This document shows, piece by piece, positions 28,635-37,740 of a stretch of DNA of 64,000 nucleotides (its first letter is position 1; every line of letters starts with the position of its first letter). The translations under genes and the position numbers were made by a program. The DNA comes from Candidatus Poribacteria bacterium. GTDB lineage: Bacteria > Poribacteria > WGA-4E > WGA-3G. The stretch covers positions 3,104,001-3,168,000 of the forward strand of contig OZ219753.1 of the NCBI GenBank assembly GCA_964291315.2. Direction: 5' to 3'. The notes beneath the pieces were generated by a model. It saw only the letters and a program-made list of their open reading frames with translations. It was not told the DNA's origin and did not search any database.

Positions 28635-29819
28635 TTAGAATGAGATACGCACCAATTCGACGGGGAAATCAGGCATAAAAGTTGGCTTATGAAGAGCCAT
28701 CAGCCCCAACGTAAACCACTCACTGATTGAAGGCAGTGAAACGGAGACTTTTTCTGATTTAGGTATGAGATTATTTTTTGAAAAACCCGGAAAAGGGGCT
28801 GGTTCTCCCCAGCCCTGTGTCAGACGGTGTGCCAACCACATTCCGGATGCTGATCCGAGAATACTCGCCACAACATAAGGTTTATGGTCCTCCACGTCAG
28901 CCAACAATGGGAAAGCACTGCCGAATAGGGCACCTGTACACGCACCAATTTGTATCAAAGCGACCCGGCCTTGTGTATACTCATCTTCAGCAGTCGCTTT
29001 GTAGCCAAGATATGTTCCGACGGGGAAGCCAAGCATAGCAGCCAATACATAAGCCCGCGACGCTTCCACCTCTGTTAGGGACATAATTCCTACGGCATAG
29101 GTGCTGCCAATACCGCCGCCGAAAGTAACTAGCTCTGCTCGGCCTTCATTAATGTGCTTGTTGTTAATCAATTTTGTTGTCGCCCACATACCAGCAGGAA
29201 CACCGATCATTGTGGATGTAACATAGATTTTGCGTTGTGTCCAATCTTTGAGTCCGTCGATATCGGCGAGATATGGAATTGCTACTCCATACAACGCGCC
29301 TATCAAACCTCCGGTGCCAATAAGATGCGATTCTCCTTTTTTAAACCATCTGTGAGAAGTTAGTCTATGGGCAATCAGGCCTCCGATTGGAGTAGCGAGC
29401 ATTGCAGAAGCAAAGTAGACCTTGTCATCTTGTGATTCCAATAATATGGGCACTCCAAGACCATATAGGGTACCCGCAAGACTCCCGGATAGGATCAAAC
29501 TGGCACGCCCGGCACCGAGCCGATGGTTTTTTGTAGCGGCAAGTGCAGCTATAAAAGATCCACCGCCGATCAACATCTCTAGTCCGGCTATCCGGGCACC
29601 AGATTCAACTTCAAGTAATCGAGCTGTCCCTGGCCCATAAAGTGAAAGCCCATATAGCGTTGCAGCGCTGACTAATAGCGTTCTGCCTTCCTGCTGCTCT
29701 TTTACAGAGACGTTCTGGTCGGTTTGCATTTGCGGATAGCTTTCATGCACAAGGTGCATGAGAACAAAACCGGCGAAACAGACACAAGAAACGGTTTTGT
29801 GAAGCATACGATTTTTCAT
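28635..29819 (-). CDS. Hypothetical membrane protein with repeated Gly-rich helices
   Basis: Signal-like start MKNRML; about four repeats of G.A.L....G..G..YG hydrophobic hairpins. Confidence 0.7.
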   Translation of the reverse strand: MKNRMLHKTVSCVCFAGFVLMHLVHESYPQMQTDQNVSVKEQQEGRTLLVSAATLYGLSLYGPGTARLLEVESGARIAGLEMLIGGGSFIAALAATKNHRLGAGRASLILSGSLAGTLYGLGVPILLESQDDKVYFASAMLATPIGGLIAHRLTSHRWFKKGESHLIGTGGLIGALYGVAIPYLADIDGLKDWTQRKIYVTSTMIGVPAGMWATTKLINNKHINEGRAELVTFGGGIGSTYAVGIMSLTEVEASRAYVLAAMLGFPVGTYLGYKATAEDEYTQGRVALIQIGACTGALFGSAFPLLADVEDHKPYVVASILGSASGMWLAHRLTQGWGEPAPFPGFSKNNLIPKSEKVSVSLPSISEWFTLGLMALHKPTFMPDFPVELVRISF

Positions 29820-29850
29820 TTTTCTTTCCTTCCAAACGAAATATCCACTG

Positions 29851-30912
29851 TTATAGCGGTAGCGAAATCGGGGCACAGATTTGAGCAGAGCGATACGTAG
29901 CCTCTGCCAACTCAACACCGGCTCTACCCATATGTCCGTGGGTTTCCGGCTCTGTTTGGCCAACGATACATTGAAGCCAGTGGTCGATGCTTGTCCCTTT
30001 TGCTGCGACCCCCCAGTACCGTTGCTGCCGCTGTGCCGCTAGCATATTACGGTAGGTTCCGTCGTCTGGCACAGGAGCAATGAATTCTTCTGCCTCTGTC
30101 ATATCATGCGTTTTCCAACGCAAACCATGCCGAACCAGTGTTGCTGAACCGTTACTAGTGACGAGGCCGCTGCTGCTATTCTGAATCTCAGCCGCCCAAC
30201 TCTTCATCATCATTCCGACCCCACCGCTTTTGAAATGCAGAGTCAGCAATGCATTGTTCTCCACGGCGTATTCGGCAGCCGGATAGGTGCCGCCGAGCGG
30301 AACATGACTCGTAAACCCGTAGACGGTAGAGACGGGACCGTAGAGCCACAACCAGAGATCGAGATTGTGAATTGCTTGTTCCACCAACATACCGCCCGAT
30401 TCTGCCTTCACGAAAAGCCACGGATGTCTCTCCGGCGAGAACCAACCGACTTGATTAGAATACGCCATCTGCAGCGCGCCGAGCGTACCGTCATCTAATA
30501 ACGACTTTAGCTTCATGTAGCCCGGATCGAACCGCATCATATAGGCGACCATCAGGAGAACGCCGGCGTTTTCGGCGGCGGCGATCATCTTGTCGCCCTC
30601 CGCCACGTTACAACACATCGGCTTTTCCATCAAGATGTGTTTGCCAGCATCCGTGGCGACAAGCGTGATCTCGAGGTGTGGCCGTGGATGCACACACACA
30701 TCCACTGCATCTATATCTTGCCTGTCGAGGAGGGCGCGATAATCCGTGTAAGCATCCGCCCCAAACCGATCCGCTTGTTCCTGCGCAGCAGCCTCGTTGA
30801 TGTCAGCGATCGCGACAATGTCTGCGCGACGCGTCGGCTCTTCATAATACGGGGCGTGGAGGTTGCGAAAGATACCACCGCATCCGATAATACCAACCCT
30901 AAGTTTATCCAT
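29851..30912 (-). CDS. Gfo/Idh/MocA oxidoreductase
   Basis: VGIIGCGGI, GKHILMEKP and GGMLVEQAIHNLD motifs. Confidence 0.92.
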   Translation of the reverse strand: MDKLRVGIIGCGGIFRNLHAPYYEEPTRRADIVAIADINEAAAQEQADRFGADAYTDYRALLDRQDIDAVDVCVHPRPHLEITLVATDAGKHILMEKPMCCNVAEGDKMIAAAENAGVLLMVAYMMRFDPGYMKLKSLLDDGTLGALQMAYSNQVGWFSPERHPWLFVKAESGGMLVEQAIHNLDLWLWLYGPVSTVYGFTSHVPLGGTYPAAEYAVENNALLTLHFKSGGVGMMMKSWAAEIQNSSSGLVTSNGSATLVRHGLRWKTHDMTEAEEFIAPVPDDGTYRNMLAAQRQQRYWGVAAKGTSIDHWLQCIVGQTEPETHGHMGRAGVELAEATYRSAQICAPISLPL

Positions 30913-31022
30913 GTATTTCCTCCGTTAAGACTCATGATCGTAGTAGGACAATCCTTCAGTTCGATGATTGATCGTCGGTAGTCCTAACTCAAGACTCCTA
31001 TTTGTAGCAGGACAGCCCTTTA

Positions 31023-31772
31023 TTATCTGTTTCTAACACCAAATGTATCCATCACTTTAAGAATAGGTGGTTTTGCCGTACCCTCTAAGAGAGTGAGTGC
31101 CTCGGCGATAATTGCATGTTGCAATTCTGGGTTATTCGGTTCACCGAGTGGATATCCGAAACCGTAAGGAACCACTAAGGCGCGAGGCGGTTTTACCTTC
31201 TTCGTAATACTTTCAATCAGCGTAATAGAAACCGTGGAAATTCCCGCTGCTTCAACAGCGCGTTGTATCAATCCTACAGATTGATTGCACATCGGTCAGA
31301 CAGGGGTTAAGAACGTCACATCTACATCATCTGCTTTCAGCATTCGCCCCACCTCAGGAGCGGTTTGCGTAATGAGATTGTGAGGTTTTGTGATTGATCC
31401 CATGAAACTGAAGTGCCTGTGGTTTAGGGAGCCAATTTTACCTGCTGTTTCCAACTCTGTGAATCTATCAAGTGGAAACGCAACGTTCACATCTACTTCG
31501 AGACCTCGCTCATCATAAGCCGAACTTTTATGTCCATTAATGAGGGCTTGTGTCTGGATGGAATCGGGAATCTCACGATAGGAACAATCCCCGCTTGTAA
31601 AAGGAGCCTGGTCCTGCAAAAGAAAACCAGCAGTCGTAATAAGGGCGACTTTACATTGTTGCAACGGCAAGCGCAATGGAGTGTCAGGAGATGTTTTATA
31701 ATGCAGACCTCCGTAAAACCTCATAAAGAATCGGGAGAGGCGATCCAATTTACGTCCGAGTGTCATACTCAC
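31023..31772 (-). CDS. GrdB/PrdB-family selenoprotein (Sec at UGA 31296-31298)
   Basis: Two in-frame ORFs are joined by TGA: ...FLTPV-U-PMCNQSVGLIQRAVEAAGISTV. Family motifs ALITTAG, GDCSYREIP, DVNVAFPLD and SFMG are present. Confidence 0.88.
31264..31291 (-). promoter_or_regulatory. Candidate bacterial SECIS element
   Basis: AUCAAUC-UGUAG-GAUUGAU stem-loop; loop begins 17 nt after the UGA, with G at loop position 2. Confidence 0.7.
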
Positions 31773-31843
31773 CTCGTATTAGATATTCGCGAAAATGAGT
31801 GGTTTCCTATTGATTTTCTTTCGGACCTCAAAAGAGCTCAGTG

Positions 31844-33526
31844 TTAGTCAGTAACAACCGTCTCTTCGCCGAGCATATCAATAATCTTAATAGCAACGCG
31901 GGCATCAGGGCGCGGAAGTGTTACCGTATAGCACCCCTCAATAAAATCGGACTTTCTCTCCGGCACATCACTCTCAACAATTGTGAAATGCTCGTCGCTG
32001 TAGTCTGTATCAATCAGAACACAATCAATCTGTGCACGAAAGTCGCCCAGCTGTTCATCAAAGACAGTGCGCTCTCGCTCCATCCGTGCCAAGATGCTCG
32101 GGCTTAGATAATCTGAAAGCGTAATCTTGACGATGAGCCCCACTCTTTCAAAGCTAACCTCTGCTTCAGCAGGGGCATACGTCGTGATACCTTCACGTTG
32201 AATATCACGAACAATGAGCTTGTTAATCGGACGATGCCGGTTGGCTCTGTCCAACTCCGCTTGTATGCCGACTTCACTGCCGTTGCACAAGACTGTGATG
32301 TCGCTTGTCTCGTCTGGCGAGTTTCGGAGTTCGTCTTTGATGAGCTGGATATCCAAGCGTGTGAGCGGTTTTCCGAGATCAGCGATTTTGACCAGCGTGC
32401 CATCGAGGGTGCCGTCAAAGAAAGCGGCTTTCCTGTCGGTTTGCACGCCGTATTTAGCGATGAGGATCTGTCTGAGTTCGTGCTGGGTCTGAAAATCGTA
32501 GTTATTGATGCGGTAGTGTGCGATGCCGCGGGTTTGGTGGCTGCTGTTTTGTATTCGTTTGAGAGTTGTCTGTATAGCGCCTTTATTGAGGTCAGCTGCG
32601 ATCCAGCGTCTGCCGAGTTTGTCGGCTACAGCGGGGGTTGTGCCGCTGCCGACAAAGCAGTCGAGGACAATGGAGTCTTCATTCGTTGATACTTTGATAA
32701 TACGATCAAGCAGAGCCTCAGGCTTTTGGGTCGGGAAGCCTAACAATTCATTGGGTTTTCGTCCAACCGGGGTTAATTCCCACCAATCTTCGGGAATCTT
32801 GCCAGCTTTGTCCATTTCATAGTCATTCTGCAAAAATGCTGAACCCTTAGATGTTCCCGTCCGGTGTTTCTTATACGGAACTTTTATTTTATCAGTGTTA
32901 AAAATAATATTGTCTTTTTTCTTGCCGTAAAAATAGATGGCATCGTGCTTCCGTGCGAAAAAGCGGTTTTTTCTAGACGGTCCCGTGTAACACCAAATAA
33001 TTTCATTAACAAAATTTACCGGTTCAAATACTTCATCCAACAAGCACCGCAGATGGTGATTTTTATGCCAATCACAATGCAGATAGAGACTCCCTTTTTC
33101 GCTGAGGAGTTCACGCATCAAGATAAGCCTTTCATACATAAATTGGAGGTAGTTGTCATTTGCCCAGATGTCGGTGTATTGTGTCTGCTCAATAACAGTG
33201 TGGCCTTCACCTTCTAAGTTCCTCTGATCACCGCGTAATTTTACTTTTCGCACATAATCTGCCCCGCTATCAAATGGGGGATCAATGTAGATGAGATCTA
33301 TCTTTCCACGGAATCCCTGCACCAGCAGTGTGGAGAGGATCTCCTTGTTATCTCCGTGAAAAAGCAGGTTGGGGCCTCCCCAAAATTTATCGTAAGTCGG
33401 CTCTTTCTCTGGGTTTTCAACGTCATAGGTTTCTACAAGTTGTGCGGGATAGGCGTTGACTGTGTCGATGGGGCGTTTGCCGACCCAGTGCAGCATTGGT
33501 CTCCCTTTAATAGGTGTAATTTTCAT
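31844..33526 (-). CDS. Type III Mod-like N6-adenine DNA methyltransferase (orphan)
   Basis: GDN, IYIDPPF, FPTQKPE.LL.RII and LDCFVGSGTT motifs (beta class) plus a Mod-type C-terminus; no res gene nearby. Confidence 0.88.
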   Translation of the reverse strand: MKITPIKGRPMLHWVGKRPIDTVNAYPAQLVETYDVENPEKEPTYDKFWGGPNLLFHGDNKEILSTLLVQGFRGKIDLIYIDPPFDSGADYVRKVKLRGDQRNLEGEGHTVIEQTQYTDIWANDNYLQFMYERLILMRELLSEKGSLYLHCDWHKNHHLRCLLDEVFEPVNFVNEIIWCYTGPSRKNRFFARKHDAIYFYGKKKDNIIFNTDKIKVPYKKHRTGTSKGSAFLQNDYEMDKAGKIPEDWWELTPVGRKPNELLGFPTQKPEALLDRIIKVSTNEDSIVLDCFVGSGTTPAVADKLGRRWIAADLNKGAIQTTLKRIQNSSHQTRGIAHYRINNYDFQTQHELRQILIAKYGVQTDRKAAFFDGTLDGTLVKIADLGKPLTRLDIQLIKDELRNSPDETSDITVLCNGSEVGIQAELDRANRHRPINKLIVRDIQREGITTYAPAEAEVSFERVGLIVKITLSDYLSPSILARMERERTVFDEQLGDFRAQIDCVLIDTDYSDEHFTIVESDVPERKSDFIEGCYTVTLPRPDARVAIKIIDMLGEETVVTD

Positions 33527-33655
33527 AAAGGTTCTCCATGTTTTACGTGTCCTCTCTTCTTTACCAAAGCATCTACGGAAAAGCTTCCTCGCGCCCGGGG
33601 TTTCCGACAAGGAAGCCCAAGAAGCACTCCGCCGCTGGCATATTTCATACTTAAG

Positions 33656-33684
33656 AGTATAGCAGCCGCATTGTAACCCGTCAA
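33656..33684 (-). promoter_or_regulatory. Sigma70-type promoter of the mod-like gene
   Basis: TTGACG-N17-TATACT on the minus strand. Confidence 0.6.
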
Positions 33685-33862
33685 GGGTTTTCTCACATCA
33701 ACCCATTGTAAGATTGTGTGACAGATTTTCCGATTCCTGCTGCTTGCTTTCCAATTTTTAAGAACATTACCGACAACCATCCGTGTATCGGTTGATTTTA
33801 CGATCTAGCTTGTTGTAAAATAGATAATTGAGACTTGTTAGATAAGAACATTTCCAAAACCC

Positions 33863-36800
33863 ATGAATTGGAGAATTATTGCCTATCTAATGCGATTTGT
33901 AATATTAATCACTCTTGCTTTTTCCGGTGTCCTCGGTTTCGCTTTCGCCGATCCTTGGCTGTGTGGGCTGCCTCTTCTGCACCAACAACATTCGGTGCAA
34001 CGCCCTTCCGATGCAACTGCTGCTGCCCCCGGTACCCCTGTTCAGCCCGGACAGACAGAACGTTTTTTTATTCACATTCCGGAAGCGGAGGTAACAGCTA
34101 CTTGTATCGCCAAGAGTGAACATCTCTATGTCTATGTCGATAATTCCGTGCGGGAGTTACTCACAGAGGCCGAAGCAGTTGCAGTCGCAAGGGAATTTGA
34201 CAAGCGTATCTACCCAAGCGTTAGAAAGTGGATGGGAAGTGAATGGAAGCCTGGGCTTGATGGAGACAACCGTATAACTTTACTGATGCACGACGTTGGT
34301 ATGAACAATTCCGGAGCAGACTACGGCGGTTACTTCTCACCTGTTGACCAGATACCTACGGCACGCAACAGCAATCGTCGTGAAATGCTCTATATGGACG
34401 TTTTTCAGTTTAGGCAACGCCCCCGACGGACCTTCTACAGCAGCCTGGCACACGAATTCGCACACCTCATCAATTGGTTTCAAAACGGTGGAACTATCGA
34501 TCAGCGGTGGTTAGAGGAGGGTATAGCCTCCTTCGTGGAATGGGCAGTCTACGGAACTGTACACACTATATTTGTCGACGGCTATCTGTCGAATCCCGGT
34601 GCTTCGCTTGCTTCCGCAAACACAAGGGATGTTTATTACGGTGCGGCTTTCATGCTGATGCTCTATCTCTATGAGCACTACGGAGGTCAAGAACTTATCC
34701 GGGGTATTGTAAAGTCAGATGCATCTGGGGAACATGCAATAAACGCTGCTTTGGCAACTGGGCCTATGAACCTTTCTGCCCGGAGTGTCCGATTTCCAGA
34801 AGTCTTTCTGAATTGGGGGTTGGCGAATTGGTTTAACATGCCAATGCGAAACAGGCTGCTCGGCTATTCGCATCTTCGCCATAGGAAGGTAAACGCCGCA
34901 GTGCCACACGTCTCTAATTATCCAAAAGAAGCGAAAGATATCCCAATTGACCAATGGGGTATCCACTACACTGTTTTTCAAAGCCTGCCAGCAACCTTGG
35001 ATCTGTTGGTGACAGGTGCTGATATTGGTAATATTTATGCAACAACTCTCTATCTAACGCCTGATGGAAAAGCAGTGATTACTCCTATTCAGTTCGATAC
35101 TGAGAATAAAGGACACACAAGACAAGATGGGCTAGAGCATCAAGGAGAATTTGTGTTGATGGTAACGGCGGATACCCCACAGATGTTTCGTTTCGTCGCT
35201 GCAACACACCCCGGTGCGGATGCTGAAACGGCAATAGGTATGAAACGCGAGCATGTATCAGATGCTTTACCGGATGCCATAACTTATGCCCTCAGAAACC
35301 GAGCACAGCCGAGTCTCCGGCTCACGAATCTTACACCGAAAACGTACCTTGAACCGAAGACGCAGATCCATCTCGCCAGCGACTATACTGATGTTGAAAT
35401 AGACGGTGTAGATCAAAGCTACCTTTACGCTGCGAGTCAATGGGGGCTTGAAATCTTTACGCTTGTTGAACCGACAAAACCTTCTCGTGTCGGTGAAATT
35501 GCCACACCCGGGCAAGCACAAGCTGTCGCTGTTGAGGATAACATTGCTTACGTTGCTGATGGCGCGGCAGGTGTGCATGTCGTCGATATTACCGTTCCAA
35601 CCGATCCGAGTATACTGCAAACAGTTGGAGGCCTTACAGATGCACACGGAGTCCACGTGGATGACGGAAATCTCTATGTGCTAGATACAGAGCGCGGAAT
35701 GCTTGTTTTCAATCTCCGAGACGCTCATAACGTCCTAACACCGCCGCGCCGTTTTTTTCGCACAGCGGGCACGCCGCTCAATGTCGCAATTCATGAGGGG
35801 AACGTCTATTTTAGTGACGACAGACACGGACTTTTTATTCTCGATCCAAACCCGTTCGGGAACTTTACCGTACAAAGTGTTGTGCCCATTTTTGCTGCAG
35901 CTTATCAAATCGCAGATAAAGACGCGGCATCCTACGCTTACGTTGCCTCAGGTAATCTCACGCTTATCGATATCACAGAAACTCAGAACCCTGAGATAGG
36001 TCACCATTTGAATACACCAGGGCTTGCAACCGGTATTCAGATCCGGGACAACACAGTGTATCTCACTGATCGACAAACAGGCTTGCACATTATCGACGTG
36101 CGTAACCCACGGCACCCTCAACGCGTCTCTTCACATACTACAGTGGGCAACGCAAAGAATATAGCGCTTCGGGATACACTTGCATATGTCGCTGATGGAA
36201 AAGGGGGCATCCAGACAATTGATGTAAGCCAAGCGAAATCGCCGAAGTGGTTGCATCGGTATGCTTTTGGCGGTACGGTTCATGGATTGGATGTCGTTAA
36301 AACAGGAGAAGACACCCGAACAGCCTACATCGCCAATGGCATTGCCGGTCTGATGACGCTCAAATTCACAACGCCTTATCAAGGGACGGTGACAGAAAAG
36401 CTGGCATTTCCAGTCAATACTATCACCTTTAATAATATATCTGAAGCAGTGCGCTGCACCAAAATTCGTGTCCGAGATAGGTACGGCTTCGTTGCTGCTG
36501 AAACAGGCATGTTTGTTGTGGATCTTACAGCGAATACAATTGTAACGCATGTACCGACAGATATATCTGTCTCGGACATCGCGTTACATGAGCGTTACAC
36601 CTATGTTTGTGCCGGAGCCTTGATTGTTATCGATAGCCAATTCCCGCAACAGAGCAGAATCGTATCTGAACGCAACATGTCTGGAAGTGCCTATCGTGTT
36701 GTCGTTGATCCGAATTCGTCTACACATGCCTATGTCGCTGCGCTTGAAGGTGGACTACATATTTTTGACATTACAGATCCAGCAGTACCGCGCCCAATTG

Positions 36801-37504
36801 GGAATTATCCGACACAAGGCAATGTGACCGGTGTTGCCGTTACCGAGAAACTGGCTTACTTATTAGAGAGTGGAGTTGGTGTGACCACGCTTGACATAAC
36901 TGAACCTAACAAACCGAAATTGGAGAGTATATACAGAATCGATGGAACAGTATTAATAGATGCTCAAGTTAGTAGTAACTTTCTTTATTTACTTGATAGC
37001 GAAAGCGTTCAGGTTATTGATACACGTAGGCTGCCAACGACTTCAGCTCTCCTTTACAGAAATAGCGACCTCCAGTTTCCATCCGAATTGAAGTTAGTAG
37101 ACGGTGTCCTCTATGTTGCTGATTTGTATCAGCTCCGAACGTTTCGTGTGCATCCGGAAGGCTACTCGCTCGCTGTAGAGGAACCTATACTATCTGAGTG
37201 GGAACCCAATCCCCTTAAGCCAATGTCGGTTAACCGTTTGGATCAAAACTTCCCGAACCCATTTAATCCGGAGACATGGATTCCGTATCAACTCGCTTCA
37301 GATGTGAATGTAGTACTCCATATCTACGATGTCCAAGGTAGACTTATCTATTCCGAGACACTCGGATATCAAAAATCAGGTTCACACACCGCCTATTGGA
37401 ATGGCCGTAATGCTGCTGGTGAATCGGTCGCGAGCGGCATCTATTTTTATTCGCTTGAAGCTGGCAGTTTTCATGCAATCCGTAAAATGCTCATCCAGAG
37501 ATGA
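33863..37504 (+). CDS. Secreted zinc metallopeptidase (M30-like) with LVIVD repeats and FlgD-Ig/T9SS-type C-terminal domain
   Basis: LAHEFAH..WLEEG; many AYVADG..G...(I/V)D repeats; QNFPNPFNPETWIPY...WNGRN..GE.VASGIYFY tail. Confidence 0.88.
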   Translation: MNWRIIAYLMRFVILITLAFSGVLGFAFADPWLCGLPLLHQQHSVQRPSDATAAAPGTPVQPGQTERFFIHIPEAEVTATCIAKSEHLYVYVDNSVRELLTEAEAVAVAREFDKRIYPSVRKWMGSEWKPGLDGDNRITLLMHDVGMNNSGADYGGYFSPVDQIPTARNSNRREMLYMDVFQFRQRPRRTFYSSLAHEFAHLINWFQNGGTIDQRWLEEGIASFVEWAVYGTVHTIFVDGYLSNPGASLASANTRDVYYGAAFMLMLYLYEHYGGQELIRGIVKSDASGEHAINAALATGPMNLSARSVRFPEVFLNWGLANWFNMPMRNRLLGYSHLRHRKVNAAVPHVSNYPKEAKDIPIDQWGIHYTVFQSLPATLDLLVTGADIGNIYATTLYLTPDGKAVITPIQFDTENKGHTRQDGLEHQGEFVLMVTADTPQMFRFVAATHPGADAETAIGMKREHVSDALPDAITYALRNRAQPSLRLTNLTPKTYLEPKTQIHLASDYTDVEIDGVDQSYLYAASQWGLEIFTLVEPTKPSRVGEIATPGQAQAVAVEDNIAYVADGAAGVHVVDITVPTDPSILQTVGGLTDAHGVHVDDGNLYVLDTERGMLVFNLRDAHNVLTPPRRFFRTAGTPLNVAIHEGNVYFSDDRHGLFILDPNPFGNFTVQSVVPIFAAAYQIADKDAASYAYVASGNLTLIDITETQNPEIGHHLNTPGLATGIQIRDNTVYLTDRQTGLHIIDVRNPRHPQRVSSHTTVGNAKNIALRDTLAYVADGKGGIQTIDVSQAKSPKWLHRYAFGGTVHGLDVVKTGEDTRTAYIANGIAGLMTLKFTTPYQGTVTEKLAFPVNTITFNNISEAVRCTKIRVRDRYGFVAAETGMFVVDLTANTIVTHVPTDISVSDIALHERYTYVCAGALIVIDSQFPQQSRIVSERNMSGSAYRVVVDPNSSTHAYVAALEGGLHIFDITDPAVPRPIGNYPTQGNVTGVAVTEKLAYLLESGVGVTTLDITEPNKPKLESIYRIDGTVLIDAQVSSNFLYLLDSESVQVIDTRRLPTTSALLYRNSDLQFPSELKLVDGVLYVADLYQLRTFRVHPEGYSLAVEEPILSEWEPNPLKPMSVNRLDQNFPNPFNPETWIPYQLASDVNVVLHIYDVQGRLIYSETLGYQKSGSHTAYWNGRNAAGESVASGIYFYSLEAGSFHAIRKMLIQR

Positions 37505-37740
37505 ATTTTCTGTATTTATCTTGAATCGGCCCTGTTATCAGAAAACCGATGTCCCTGCTATCTCATCCGTCTTTTCTGAATCCTTGCTGACCGCAAGTGA
37601 GTTTTGATTCAGACAAGCGTGAAAAATAAAAATTTGTAACGCAAATGAACAAAAAACGTTGAATAGATTAACCTGACCTTATCCGATGAAGTGTCTATGT
37701 TACTTTTGTTCACTAAGGAATTTGCAAGGAGAAAGCTAGT

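Noticed and set aside
31023-31772. Two separate genes or a nonsense pseudogene
   Set aside because: The UGA falls at the family's Sec/Cys site in a UxxC motif and is followed by a SECIS-like hairpin.
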